Shown: positions 35,340 through 46,348 of the stretch, one piece after another
Position numbering within the stretch: position 1 is the first letter of the stretch
Layout of the letters: each line of letters opens with the position of its first letter
Source: Flectonema sp. DT1601
Lineage: Eukaryota
Direction: 5' to 3'
Length of the DNA: 64,000 bases
Assembly (NCBI GenBank): GCA_964019425.1
Contig: OZ025800.1
Span: 992,001 to 1,056,000, forward strand
Position numbers and translations under genes: made by a program
The notes under the pieces: generated by a model
What the model was told of the DNA's origin: nothing
The model's database searches: none
The model's input: only the letters and a program-made list of their open reading frames with translations

Positions 35340-36626
35340 ATGTCAACCACAACCGTTGCCTCGAGTGCCTGCTTTGATGCAACAGTAGACGGCAAGTTGG
35401 TACAGTGGGAAGTGAAGGTAACTCCCGACCCTGAGAGGAAAACCAACTGGTGTATTTGGTTGGAAGATGAGCAGTTGGATCAGTTCCTCTGCAGTTGGCA
35501 TTGGGACGGGATCATGGGAGACGACGACGATCTGGATTTCGATTCAGATTCGGATGTCGATGAGGAAGAATGGGGAGCAACAACTGAATCAGCAACAGCA
35601 CCGGCGACATCAGCATCAGCTGCGGCAGCAACTGAACTGGCAACGGCAGCAACTGAATCAGTAACAACAACAACTGTAACATCCCCAACACCAGCATCAG
35701 CAGCAACTGCAGCAACTGAATCAGTAACAACAGCAACAACCGAACCAGCTGCAACAACATCAGCATCAGCAGCAACTGAATCAGCAACGGCAACAACTGC
35801 AACGTCACCAGCATTCCCAGCAACTGAATCAGCTGCAGCAGTACCTGTAACAGCATCAGCATCAGCATCAGCATCAGCATCATCAGCATCAGCATCAGCA
35901 GCAGCAGCAACTGAACCAGCAACGACCTCTAAAACTATAATCGAAACAACAATCATGAGATCTTCCCCGACTATAACAACAACGACAACAACAACAATAA
36001 CAACAACAGCAACAACTACAATACCAAAATCAGCGGGGAAAGTTACTAACTCCAAGTCGAATGTTGGCAATGCAGCTTTGGTCATGCCGACGAAGACGAA
36101 GGAGCAGAGGAAGACACGGAAGCAGAAAGTGGTTGCAAAGAAAGACAAGAAGAAGGAGAATGACAAACCTAAATTTGCTTTGCAGAAGTCTTCTAAGCAG
36201 ACGGGGATCGTTTCGCCTCCGAAGAAATCATTGTGCAGTCGAAAGAAGCGAACGATCTCTTCGATTCCTTCGTCTTCCAGTAGTGTTTCATTGGTTCCAC
36301 AGCAGTCGAGAGTTGAAAAAGGAAAAGGAAAAGGAAAAGGAAAAGTAAAAGAAACAGAAACAGAAAAAGAAAAAGAAAGAGAAGATGACAAAGTTAAAGT
36401 TAAAATTGAAGTTGTGCTGCCTCGTTCATGCATCCCTTCTGCTGTCGATGATGCAAACCTAAGTGAGATTCTGCCACCACAACATCACCACGCCGCTCGC
36501 ATCCTTGCTGGGCGCAGCAAGTCGCCACACGCACTTTCACGTGCGGCAAGAGTGCTTCGGTCGGCCGACTGCAATTTCTGGGAAGCAGAGAAAATGCTGT
36601 GCAAGAGAGTGTCATTCTGCTTGTGA
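35340..36626 (+). CDS. Array orphan protein copy 8
   Basis: 428 aa; KG repeat-length variant. Confidence 0.75.
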   Translation: MSTTTVASSACFDATVDGKLVQWEVKVTPDPERKTNWCIWLEDEQLDQFLCSWHWDGIMGDDDDLDFDSDSDVDEEEWGATTESATAPATSASAAAATELATAATESVTTTTVTSPTPASAATAATESVTTATTEPAATTSASAATESATATTATSPAFPATESAAAVPVTASASASASASSASASAAAATEPATTSKTIIETTIMRSSPTITTTTTTTITTTATTTIPKSAGKVTNSKSNVGNAALVMPTKTKEQRKTRKQKVVAKKDKKKENDKPKFALQKSSKQTGIVSPPKKSLCSRKKRTISSIPSSSSSVSLVPQQSRVEKGKGKGKGKVKETETEKEKEREDDKVKVKIEVVLPRSCIPSAVDDANLSEILPPQHHHAARILAGRSKSPHALSRAARVLRSADCNFWEAEKMLCKRVSFCL

Positions 36627-38146
36627 GCCCAGTAGTGAGATCTTCTTTCGATTATTCAAAATGTTTTTTGAATTTTCTTTCGCATGCGCTTTGTTTTATT
36701 TTTTCATGCCGTTTTATATTTATTATTTTATTTCAAAAAAACAATTATTCTGTTCTGTGTGGTGGACACGATAGGATCCTTTATTAATTAACTTATTCCT
36801 ATCTTTTTTTTTAAAACTCTTTTTTTTTTTTTTTTTTTGTAACCTGTAACCATCCGATATTTTGTTCTGTTCTTTTGTGAGAATGGAATGGCGTTTTTGT
36901 TGAAAACCTCATTCCTTCCTTTCTTTAGACCAATTCTTATATTTTATAATCAGTCTTAATCAGTCTTAATCACTTTAAAATTTAAAATTTTGTATTTTTT
37001 GGAGACGTGATTTCCACAATTCAGGTAATCCTCGTCCCAAACAGGCAACCACAGCCTCACATCATTCTCCTCTCCCTTCTGTCTGTGTGTTCAATTTGTT
37101 TTGAATACGACTGACTGATTGACTCCTTCGAACTTGTAATTGACGACAACGACGACTGGGGAGCTCTCCTTCACTTCACACACTCAGCTGCTTGCTTTGC
37201 TTTGCTTTGCTTTGCTTTTTTTTTTGTCTTCGCTACTTACACAACAGCGATTCTAGTCATATAGATACCGCAAGGAGAATGTTTTTTTTTTTTTGTTTTT
37301 TTTTGCAACTTTTGTTGTTACACTTTCAACAAGACTTGCTTTTCGGCATGTCTTTTGTTGTTTGTTCAGAATGTATTTTGTGTCCGTGTGGGTGGGGTGC
37401 GGGACTCAATGGAAAGCTGTGAGTTTTCAATTTGAGGGACGTGTTCCAAATAACTTACTTACTTGCTCACTTGTATTATGGCAAAGGCTTCCTTGGCTGT
37501 ATTTCTTTTTTACACAATTCTTAATACACACAACAACTCCAGCAAACAAAACACACAACACACAACACACAACACACAAACACACAAACACACATACACA
37601 CTTACCAAGTCACCATGGGTACAACGACCTGTACCTGAGTGACACAATGCCGGATGGATTCCGTTGAGGGGATCGACTCCAGTATGACACTTTTTGTATC
37701 TTTCTTTTTGATTTTAAATTTTAAATTTTAAATTTTGTGTTTTTTGTTTTTTTGCACTATTTCATACAACCCAGTTAATAACACAAATCCCTTCTTTTGG
37801 CATTTTTCAGTCCCAAACCGGCTTTTGCTGTTTTCATGCTCAACAACCTTTTGTAATAAATAATTCAGTTCCATTAATTAATGAATGATCACTTTTTTAA
37901 ACATTTTTTATATTGCGTTGTCTTCATCGCGTTCTTGCCGTGTTATTATATTTTTAAACACGAAGTGAGAACAGAAGGCGTCGCCACACACTTACCCCTT
38001 TCTTATTCTTAAATCTTATTAAAGTTACTCGATCGACTTCTTGTTGGCCGCAAGCTGTTTCTTTTGCATGCTGTTGGATAGGTTTTTAAATCACTCAAGT
38101 CATTTATTCATTCATTCATCCAGCCTCCATCGCTAAAGTAAAAATC

Positions 38147-39451
38147 ATGTCAACCACAACCGTTGCCTCGAGTGCCTGCTTTGATGCAACAGTAGACGGC
38201 AAGTTGGTACAGTGGGAAGTGAAGGTAACTCCCGACCCTGAGAGGAAAACCAACTGGTGTATTTGGTTGGAAGATGAGCAGTTGGATCAGTTCCTCTGCA
38301 GTTGGCATTGGGACGGGATCATGGGAGACGACGACGATCTGGATTTCGATTCAGATTCGGATGTCGATGAGGAAGAATGGGGAGCAACAACTGAATCAGC
38401 AACAGCACCGGCGACATCAGCATCAGCTGCGGCAGCAACTGAACTGGCAACGGCAGCAACTGAATCAGTAACAACAACAACTGTAACATCCCCAACACCA
38501 GCATCAGCAGCAACTGCAGCAACTGAATCAGTAACAACAGCAACAACCGAACCAGCTGCAACAACATCAGCATCAGCAGCAACTGAATCAGCAACGGCAA
38601 CAACTGCAACGTCACCAGCATTCCCAGCAACTGAATCAGCTGCAGCAGTACCTGTAACAGCATCAGCATCAGCATCAGCATCAGCATCAGCATCAGCATC
38701 AGCATCATCAGCATCAGCATCAGCAGCAGCAGCAACTGAACCAGCAACGACCTCTAAAACTATAATCGAAACAACGATCATGAGATCTTCCCCGACTATA
38801 ACAACAACGACAACAACAACAATAACAACAACAGCAACAACTACAATACCAAAATCAGCGGGGAAAGTTACTAACTCCAAGTCGAATGTTGGCAATGCAG
38901 CTTTGGTCATGCCGACGAAGACGAAGGAGCAGAGGAAGACACGGAAGCAGAAAGTGGTTGCAAAGAAAGACAAGAAGAAGGAGAATGACAAACCTAAATT
39001 TGCTTTGCAGAAGTCTTCTAAGCAGACGGGGATCGTTTCGCCTCCGAAGAAATCATTGTGCAGTCGAAAGAAGCGAACGATCTCTTCGATTCCTTCGTCT
39101 TCCAGTAGTGTTTCATTGGTTCCACAGCAGTCGAGAGTTGAAAAAGGAAAAGGAAAAGGAAAAGGAAAAGTAAAAGAAACAGAAACAGAAAAAGAAAAAG
39201 AAAGAGAAGATGACAAAGTTAAAGTTAAAATTGAAGTTGTGCTGCCTCGTTCATGCATCCCTTCTGCTGTCGATGATGCAAACCTAAGTGAGATTCTGCC
39301 ACCACAACATCACCACGCCGCTCGCATCCTTGCTGGGCGCAGCAAGTCGCCACACGCACTTTCACGTGCGGCAAGAGTGCTTCGGTCGGCCGACTGCAAT
39401 TTCTGGGAAGCAGAGAAAATGCTGTGCAAGAGAGTGTCATTCTGCTTGTGA
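38147..39451 (+). CDS. Array orphan protein copy 9
   Basis: 434 aa; longest SA repeat. Confidence 0.75.
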   Translation: MSTTTVASSACFDATVDGKLVQWEVKVTPDPERKTNWCIWLEDEQLDQFLCSWHWDGIMGDDDDLDFDSDSDVDEEEWGATTESATAPATSASAAAATELATAATESVTTTTVTSPTPASAATAATESVTTATTEPAATTSASAATESATATTATSPAFPATESAAAVPVTASASASASASASASASSASASAAAATEPATTSKTIIETTIMRSSPTITTTTTTTITTTATTTIPKSAGKVTNSKSNVGNAALVMPTKTKEQRKTRKQKVVAKKDKKKENDKPKFALQKSSKQTGIVSPPKKSLCSRKKRTISSIPSSSSSVSLVPQQSRVEKGKGKGKGKVKETETEKEKEREDDKVKVKIEVVLPRSCIPSAVDDANLSEILPPQHHHAARILAGRSKSPHALSRAARVLRSADCNFWEAEKMLCKRVSFCL

Positions 39452-41250
39452 GCCCAGTAGTGAGATCTTCTTTCGATTATTCAAAATGTTTTTTGAATTT
39501 TCTTTCGCATGCGCTTTGTTTTATTTTTTCATGCCGTTTTATATTTATTATTTTATTTCAAAAAAACAATTATTCTGTTCTGTGTGGTGGACACGATAGG
39601 ATCCTTTATTAATTAACTTATTCCTATCTTTTTTTTTAAAACTCTTTTTTTTTTTTTTTTTTTGTAACCTGTAACCATCCGATATTTTGTTCTGTTCTTT
39701 TGTGAGAATGGAATGGCGTTTTTGTTGAAAACCTCATTCCTTCCTTTCTTTAGACCAATTCTTATATTTTATAATCAGTCTTAATCAGTCTTAATCACTT
39801 TAAAATTTAAAATTTTGTATTTTTTGGAGACGTGATTTCCACAATTCAGGTAATCCTCGTCCCAAACAGGCAACCACAGCCTCACATCATTCTCCTCTCC
39901 CTTCTGTCTGTGTGTTCAATTTGTTTTGAATACGACTGACTGATTGACTCCTTCGAACTTGTAATTGACGACAACGACGACTGGGGAGCTCTCCTTCACT
40001 TCACACACTCAGCTGCTTGCTTTGCTTTGCTTTGCTTTGCTTTTTTTTTTGTCTTCGCTACTTACACAACAGCGATTCTAGTCATATAGATACCGCAAGG
40101 AGAATGTTTTTTTTTTTTTGTTTTTTTTTGCAACTTTTGTTGTTACACTTTCAACAAGACTTGCTTTTCGGCATGTCTTTTGTTGTTTGTTCAGAATGTA
40201 TTTTGTGTCCGTGTGGGTGGGGTGCGGGACTCAATGGAAAGCTGTGAGTTTTCAATTTGAGGGACGTGTTCCAAATAACTTACTTACTTGCTCACTTGTA
40301 TTATGGCAAAGGCTTCCTTGGCTGTATTTCTTTTTTACACAATTCTTAATACACACAACAACTCCAGCAAACAAAACACACAACACACAACACACAACAC
40401 ACAAACACACAAACACACATACACACTTACCAAGTCACCATGGGTACAACGACCTGTACCTGAGTGACACAATGCCGGATGGATTCCGTTGAGGGGATCG
40501 ACTCCAGTATGACACTTTTTGTATCTTTCTTTTTGATTTTAAATTTTAAATTTTAAATTTTGTGTTTTTTGTTTTTTTGCACTATTTCATACAACCCAGT
40601 TAATAACACAAATCCCTTCTTTTGGCATTTTTCAGTCCCAAACCGGCTTTTGCTGTTTTCATGCTCAACAACCTTTTGTAATAAATAATTCAGTTCCATT
40701 AATTAATGAATGATCACTTTTTTAAACATTTTTTATATTGCGTTGTCTTCATCGCGTTCTTGCCGTGTTATTATATTTTTAAACACGAAGTGAGAACAGA
40801 AGGCGTCGCCACACACTTACCCCTTTCTTATTCTTAAATCTTATTAAAGTTACTCGATCGACTTCTTGTTGGCCGCAAGCTGTTTCTTTTGCATGCTGTT
40901 GGATAGGTTTTTCTTTTCTGATTACGTCAATTTCACATATACAGGCTTATAGTGTCTATTAACCACAGGTAGATTATGTGTTTCCTTTGCTAGGAATCAA
41001 TTAGGTGACGTGTTTTCTCCCCCAAGGATCTCCAAATTCACAAGAAGTGTTTTTTTTGTGTTTTATTAAAACATTGATAGATGAGACGAAATGTCACCGA
41101 TGTAGTGATTGCATTTATGGTGGAATGTTTGACGTCCTGTCAATTGGAGTTGAGCAAACTGATTATTGGAATTATAGTGTCCAACAACAAGGGATAGAAT
41201 TCAATTCAAGTTATCTCTTCATTCTTTTTTCAGTTTATCACACATGAATA

Positions 41251-42030
41251 ATGACCTCATCCGAAAATGGATCTCCTCTGAAAAACTCAATTGAGAATGC
41301 GACTCAAAAGATTCGTGTTAAGGAAGTAACTGAATCCACACCAACTGATGTTGTTGAGGTTCCCGTTAATGAGTTGAAATTCACACATTCTGATATCGAC
41401 TCGAGAATGGCTTTCAAAAACGGAAAGTCGATGTACATGACGTTAGATCAGTTGGAGAGAGGTATAATATCACCCAGAGACCTTCCACCCTTAGATATTT
41501 GTTTACATGAGGGGAAATATTACTCAATAAGTAATCGTAGGCTTAAAGTTTTGAAATGGTACGACAAAAATGTAATGGCACCCTGCATTGTAAGGACGAA
41601 GAAATGGAGAAACAACAAGTTTAAAAAAGCTCTGACGTCTAAGTGTGGAGGTGAAGGGATAAGACCGAAGCAGTCAAAGGGCTTTAAGAACCATGCGACT
41701 CACAATGGTACGGAACTGTTTTCTGGTGAGGACCAGGTTGCAATAAATATGAACACCGAAGAGTCGTCTGATGATGGTGATGCTGATGATGATGGTGATG
41801 GTGATGGTGATGCTGATGATGAAAGTGAACACGTTACGGAACATCTTAATAACGAACCCGTGCATGAGTCATTGCATCCGATGCGTGGTAAGTGTTGTAA
41901 AAGACTTCTTTACGTTTTTTGCTGCTTGTTTGTACTCTTCGGTGTGTTTGCTTGGTGTTTTCGTCTATTTGTTCACTGGAATGAAGTCCCCGCAAGAAAA
42001 TATGGATTTCATAATTCTGTTTTTATATAA
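41251..42030 (+). CDS. ParB/sulfiredoxin-like domain protein with acidic linker and C-terminal transmembrane anchor, paralog 1
   Basis: VPVNELKFTHSDI...LERGIISPRDLPPLDI...GKYYSISNRRLKVLK matches the ParB/Srx N-domain pattern. Hydrophobic tail LLYVFCCLFVLFGVFAWCF; acceptor ttcttttttcag ends at 41233. Confidence 0.7.
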   Translation: MTSSENGSPLKNSIENATQKIRVKEVTESTPTDVVEVPVNELKFTHSDIDSRMAFKNGKSMYMTLDQLERGIISPRDLPPLDICLHEGKYYSISNRRLKVLKWYDKNVMAPCIVRTKKWRNNKFKKALTSKCGGEGIRPKQSKGFKNHATHNGTELFSGEDQVAINMNTEESSDDGDADDDGDGDGDADDESEHVTEHLNNEPVHESLHPMRGKCCKRLLYVFCCLFVLFGVFAWCFRLFVHWNEVPARKYGFHNSVFI

Positions 42031-42569
42031 CTTTTCTTTTTTGTGTATTGATTTAGTGTACTATTTTAAAGGGTCCGGCGCAGTTATGACCTTAAACTGA
42101 CTGTCATACCTGATCCTCTTGTTTCCATTTGTTGCTGAGTGTTATGGCCATGTGTTGCCCAATTCTTGTGGTACTTTTCTAAAGTTTTTCGGTAAGCCCA
42201 CAGTACAATTATAATGCTTTGGACAGCTGGGGGTTTCTATTTTCTTTCGTGGTATGTGGGCATATGGCACATATAGTCGTATTATAAAGAAAGATGTATA
42301 ATATTATGATAGAGAGAAGATTTTTTTATTTCTTTTCACCTTCCTTCCATAAATCTTTTCGTATCGTATCAAACTTCAAACGTCATTATTTTTTGATTAA
42401 CAACTACAAATATTTTTTTCAGTCAAGTACTTTGATATTAATTTTGTTTTTAATACCTAAAGTTGTTGCTGTTTTTACATTGTCAAAGTTTCAGATCATT
42501 TCTCTTTTTTTTTTTTCCTTTATTTATTTTCAACCTGTTAGCCTCTGGATCACTTCCAGCCGAAGCTAT

Positions 42570-43273
42570 AAAACTACAATCTTCGCGATTGGGTACTTAC
42601 TGATGCAGACCTCGTAGTCATTGGTTTTGTGTGTTACTAACTAACTACTTAAGGGGCTCACTGAAACTACGTATTCCACAGTGTATTATGGAACAGCAGA
42701 ACAATGTGTTTTTATAACTTTTCTTTTTTATATTTTATTTTAGTGCACTTTTTTATAATAAACTCATATTCTAACTACTTAAGGGGCTCACTTCGGTGAC
42801 TCTGGCCGTGCGACATTTAGTGCACCCAGGTGCCGAGAGAAGCGTCTTCGTACGTCTGGCCCACAAGGCTCAGACACATCTGTTGAATCTGAGCATGAGT
42901 GGAAACCTTTTAATTTTATTATTATTCATCCCCCCCATAAACATAACTCAGCACCACTCATTAATTAGTTGGTGTCCCTTTATCCAGACCCCCCTCAGGT
43001 GTTACTCACCCTTAATCACTGTTTCTGAAACTAATGTTAAATTTCTTTATGTTTTTTATGATGTAAAATTACAACACAGTTGTAATTTTACAAAATCGAA
43101 CATGCATCCCCTCAGGTGTCACACCTCTCAGGCGATTTTGCCCCCCCGTCACTGTATCTCAGAACTAATGTTAAATTATCGTTATGTTGTTTATGATACA
43201 AAATATTTGTATTTTACGTACAAACTCGAACAGTTAACCCCCCGTGCTCCACTGGTAGTGTGCTACGAACCAG
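42570..43273 (+). mobile_element. Stack 1 of short retroposon-like modules (M1, hammerhead 3' half + M2, M5, M6, M7, M8)
   Basis: Each module recurs elsewhere in the window. Direct repeat ctaactacttaaggggctcac at 42641-42661 and 42771-42791; cccctcaggtgt flanks M6. Confidence 0.65.
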
Positions 43274-43955
43274 AAATAATTTATATTTTATGTTTATTCT
43301 TTATTTCCTTTATTATTTTTGCAAAAATAGTTTTCTTTTTTTAATTTTCCTTTAATATTTATTTACCTTTAAAGTGTGATGGAATACTATTTTAAGCTGT
43401 AACGGGCTACAGGGCATGGGGCGCTCAACCTGTAGTACGTGGCCCCCGAATCCCCATATTCGGGATTTTTTATCGATACCAACTGTTGATTTCTTATATT
43501 GCAACCAGGTTTGGCCGAACCCTATTCTCGTTTTTGCCAGTTTCAAGTTGCTTTCCATTTAATATTAGTATCAAGTTACTCCCCATTAAGAATGTGGAAA
43601 AATATGTATTTCACCATATTTTTACTTTTAATTAATTACAACCAACTCAGTCATTTTTAATCCCCCGAAATAGGATTTCACTGTAGATGTGCATCTGAAA
43701 TGCTGAAAGTCTGTCGAATACTATAATCATAAATCTTATCTCCCGACAACAGGACTGTCAGCACCGATGTCGGGGTTGCATTTACTTTAGTTTGTTGTGT
43801 TTGCGATTCCAATTGTGAAGTTGGTGGAATGTTTGACGACCTGTCAATTGGAGTTGAGCAAACTGATTATTGGAATTATAGTGTCCAACAACAGGGGATA
43901 GAATTCAATAAGTAGTTATCTCTTCATTCTTTTTTCAGTTTATCACACATAAATA

Positions 43956-44711
43956 ATGACCACCACATGCGAAAAAAGATTTCCTCTAAAAAGCTTAATG
44001 GAGAATGTGACTCAAAAGGCTCGTGTTTTGGAAGTAACAAAATCATCAACAGAATCCACACCAACTGATGTTGTTGAGGTTCCCGTTAATGAGTTGAAGT
44101 TCACACATTCTGATATCGACTCGAGAATGGCTTTCAAAGATGGAAAGTCGATGTACATGACGTTAGATCAGTTGGAGAGACGTATAATATCACCCAGAGA
44201 CCTTCCACCCTTAGATATTTGTTTACATGAGGGGGAATATTACTCAATAAGTAATCGTAGGCTTACTGTTTTGAAATGGTACGCTGCAACACAAGAAGAC
44301 AAAAATGTTATGGCACCCTGCATTGTAAGGACGAAGAAATGGAGAAACAACAAGTTTAAAAAAGCTCTGACGTCTAAGTGTGGAGGTGAAGGGATAAGAC
44401 CGAAGCAGTCAAAGGGCTTTAAGAACCATGCGACTCACAATGGTACGGAACTGTTTTCTGGTGAGGACCAGGTTGCAATAAATATGAACACCGAAGAGTC
44501 GTCTGATGATGTTGATGCTGATGATCATAATTATAATTATAGTTATGATAATGAAAGTGAGGACCTTAAGGAACACCTTTATAACGAACAGGTGCGTGAG
44601 TTGCGTTTGGTACTCAATGAGGGTTGTATAGTATTTTTTCGTGTTTCTTGCTGCTTGTTTCTGTTCCTTTGTGTGTTTTATTTGTATGTCTTTTTGTCTA
44701 CGAGCAAGTAG
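43956..44711 (+). CDS. ParB/Srx-like domain protein with C-terminal TM anchor, paralog 2
   Basis: Core nearly identical to 41251-42030; diverged acidic linker and TM tail. Confidence 0.7.
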   Translation: MTTTCEKRFPLKSLMENVTQKARVLEVTKSSTESTPTDVVEVPVNELKFTHSDIDSRMAFKDGKSMYMTLDQLERRIISPRDLPPLDICLHEGEYYSISNRRLTVLKWYAATQEDKNVMAPCIVRTKKWRNNKFKKALTSKCGGEGIRPKQSKGFKNHATHNGTELFSGEDQVAINMNTEESSDDVDADDHNYNYSYDNESEDLKEHLYNEQVRELRLVLNEGCIVFFRVSCCLFLFLCVFYLYVFLSTSK

Positions 44712-44825
44712 GACCTGAAACTGATTATCTCATCTGAGCCTGACTGGTATTATTTGTGTTCCCCAATTTGGTGATTCTTTTTTTGAAACTTTCGGTGATG
44801 AACGCTTAGCTAAATTAAGGGAGTA

Positions 44826-45986
44826 TTATGGAACAGCAGAACAATGTATTTTTATAACTCTTATTTTTTATTTTTTTAATAATAAACTTATATTCCTACT
44901 TAACTAATTAGGAAACTGCAGAAATGAATACTTTTCTTTTATTAATCTCTACTTTTCTTATTCTCACTTTTCTGTTCTAAAATTAATGATATTAACTAAT
45001 TAGGTTCGACATAAAGTCGTAGTATTTGGGGACTCACAGGTGGTTAACCGTTCCACCCTGTTGTCTATCTAACCAGTACTCGATGGTATGTCGGGCTCGC
45101 TAACTAACTAACTAATGGAACTGATGAAGGCCTAAAAAGGGACAAGCAGTATAAGATTAAGGCCTGAAACTACATATTCTATTACCCTTTGATGTTAGGA
45201 AACTGCAGAAATGAATACTTTTCTTTTATTGATCTCTACTTTTCTTATTCTCACTTTTCTGTTCTAAAATTAATGATACTAACTAACTAATGGAACAGCA
45301 GAACAATGTGTTTTTATAACTTTTCTTTTTTATATTTTATTTTAGTGCACTTTTTTATAATAAATTCATATTCTAACTAATTACGAACGTAAGGTGAATG
45401 GTCCGAAGAACAATGTTTTTAATTTCAGCCCGAAACCAACTATTATTTGTTTGTTGTCCTACGATATATTTTTGTGTTCGATTGATTTTTTGATTGACCG
45501 ATAACCATTAATATTAATTAATAACAAACTTATATTTTAATTTGAAAAATGAAAATCCTCTGAAACTCTCTTCTTGGTTTAAATGTTTTGAGTATCGGTC
45601 TTTCTGTAGTCAGACCTAATCTCAGTTACATAGTAATCCAAGCCCCTCACCTCAGGTGTTCAGAATAGAGGTAAGAGGTATATGGATTACTCTCGAAACC
45701 TATAGTTACTTTAATATGCTAAGTTGCGCATCACCCTTAGTCACTGTATTTAAAACTAATGTTAAATTATCTTTATGTTTTTATGATACAACACAGTTGT
45801 AATTTTTACAAAATCGAACATACATCCCCTCACCTCAGGTGTTACACCTCTCAGGCTATTTTGCTAACTAATGTTAAATTATCGTTATGTTGTTTATGTT
45901 ACAATACATTTGTATTTTACCTACAAACTCGAACAGTTAATCCCCTTAGGTGTCTCACACCTCTCAGGGCTATTTTGCCCCCCATT
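44826..45986 (+). mobile_element. Stack 2 of short retroposon-like modules (M2, M3, M9, hammerhead+M3, M2, M4, M6, M7)
   Basis: Modules are separated by (CTAA)n tails. Perfect 18-bp duplication cccctcacctcaggtgtt at 45643-45660 and 45826-45843. Confidence 0.65.
45113..45184 (+). ncRNA. Type I hammerhead ribozyme with minimal stem III (this copy has a stem III mismatch)
   Basis: Stem I taatggaa/ttctatta; core CTGATGA (45121-45127); stem II aggcct/aggcct; GAAA (45166-45169); stem III C-TAC-A; then U-A, with predicted cleavage after 45176. Confidence 0.75.
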
Positions 45987-46348
45987 AAGAATGTGGAATT
46001 TTTTTTTTTTACTTTTAATTAATTACAACCAACTCAGTCATTTTTAATCCCCCGAAATAGGATTTCACTGTAGATGTGCATCTGAAATGCTGAAAGTCTG
46101 TCGAATATTATAATTATTAATCCTTATCTCCCACAACAGGACTGTCAGCACCGATGTCGGGGTTGCATGATACACGCGAGATGACATTGTTATTGAATTC
46201 CATCCCCTGTTGTTGGACACTATAATTCCAATAATCAGTTTGCTCAACTCCAATTGACAGGTCGTCAAACATTCCATCAACTTCACAATTGGAATCGCAA
46301 ACACAACAAACGAAAGTAAATTTTTTTTAAGTTTATCATACATAAATA

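Larger units (their letters stand above)
15604..40912 (+). repeat. Tandem array of nine ~2.8-kb near-identical units, each carrying one ORF
   Basis: ATG-to-ATG periods are 2800, 2802, 2815, 2834, 2808, 2815, 2801 and 2807 nt. Units differ almost only in microsatellite/homopolymer length plus a few SNPs. Unit junction is ggataggttttt|aaatcactcaag. Confidence 0.97.

Noticed and set aside
41005..41247. 80-aa ORF sharing a peptide with the surface protein
   Set aside because: GTG start; explained by the captured non-coding fragment.
42796..43344. 182-aa ORF and similar short ORFs (2917, 45759, 48287, 48803) sharing ELMLNYRY/RTNVKL peptides
   Set aside because: Chance read-through of repeat modules in differing frames.
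43404..43466. GC-rich hairpin/pseudoknot as an HDV-like ribozyme
   Set aside because: No room for P3/L3 or P4 in the required order; single copy.
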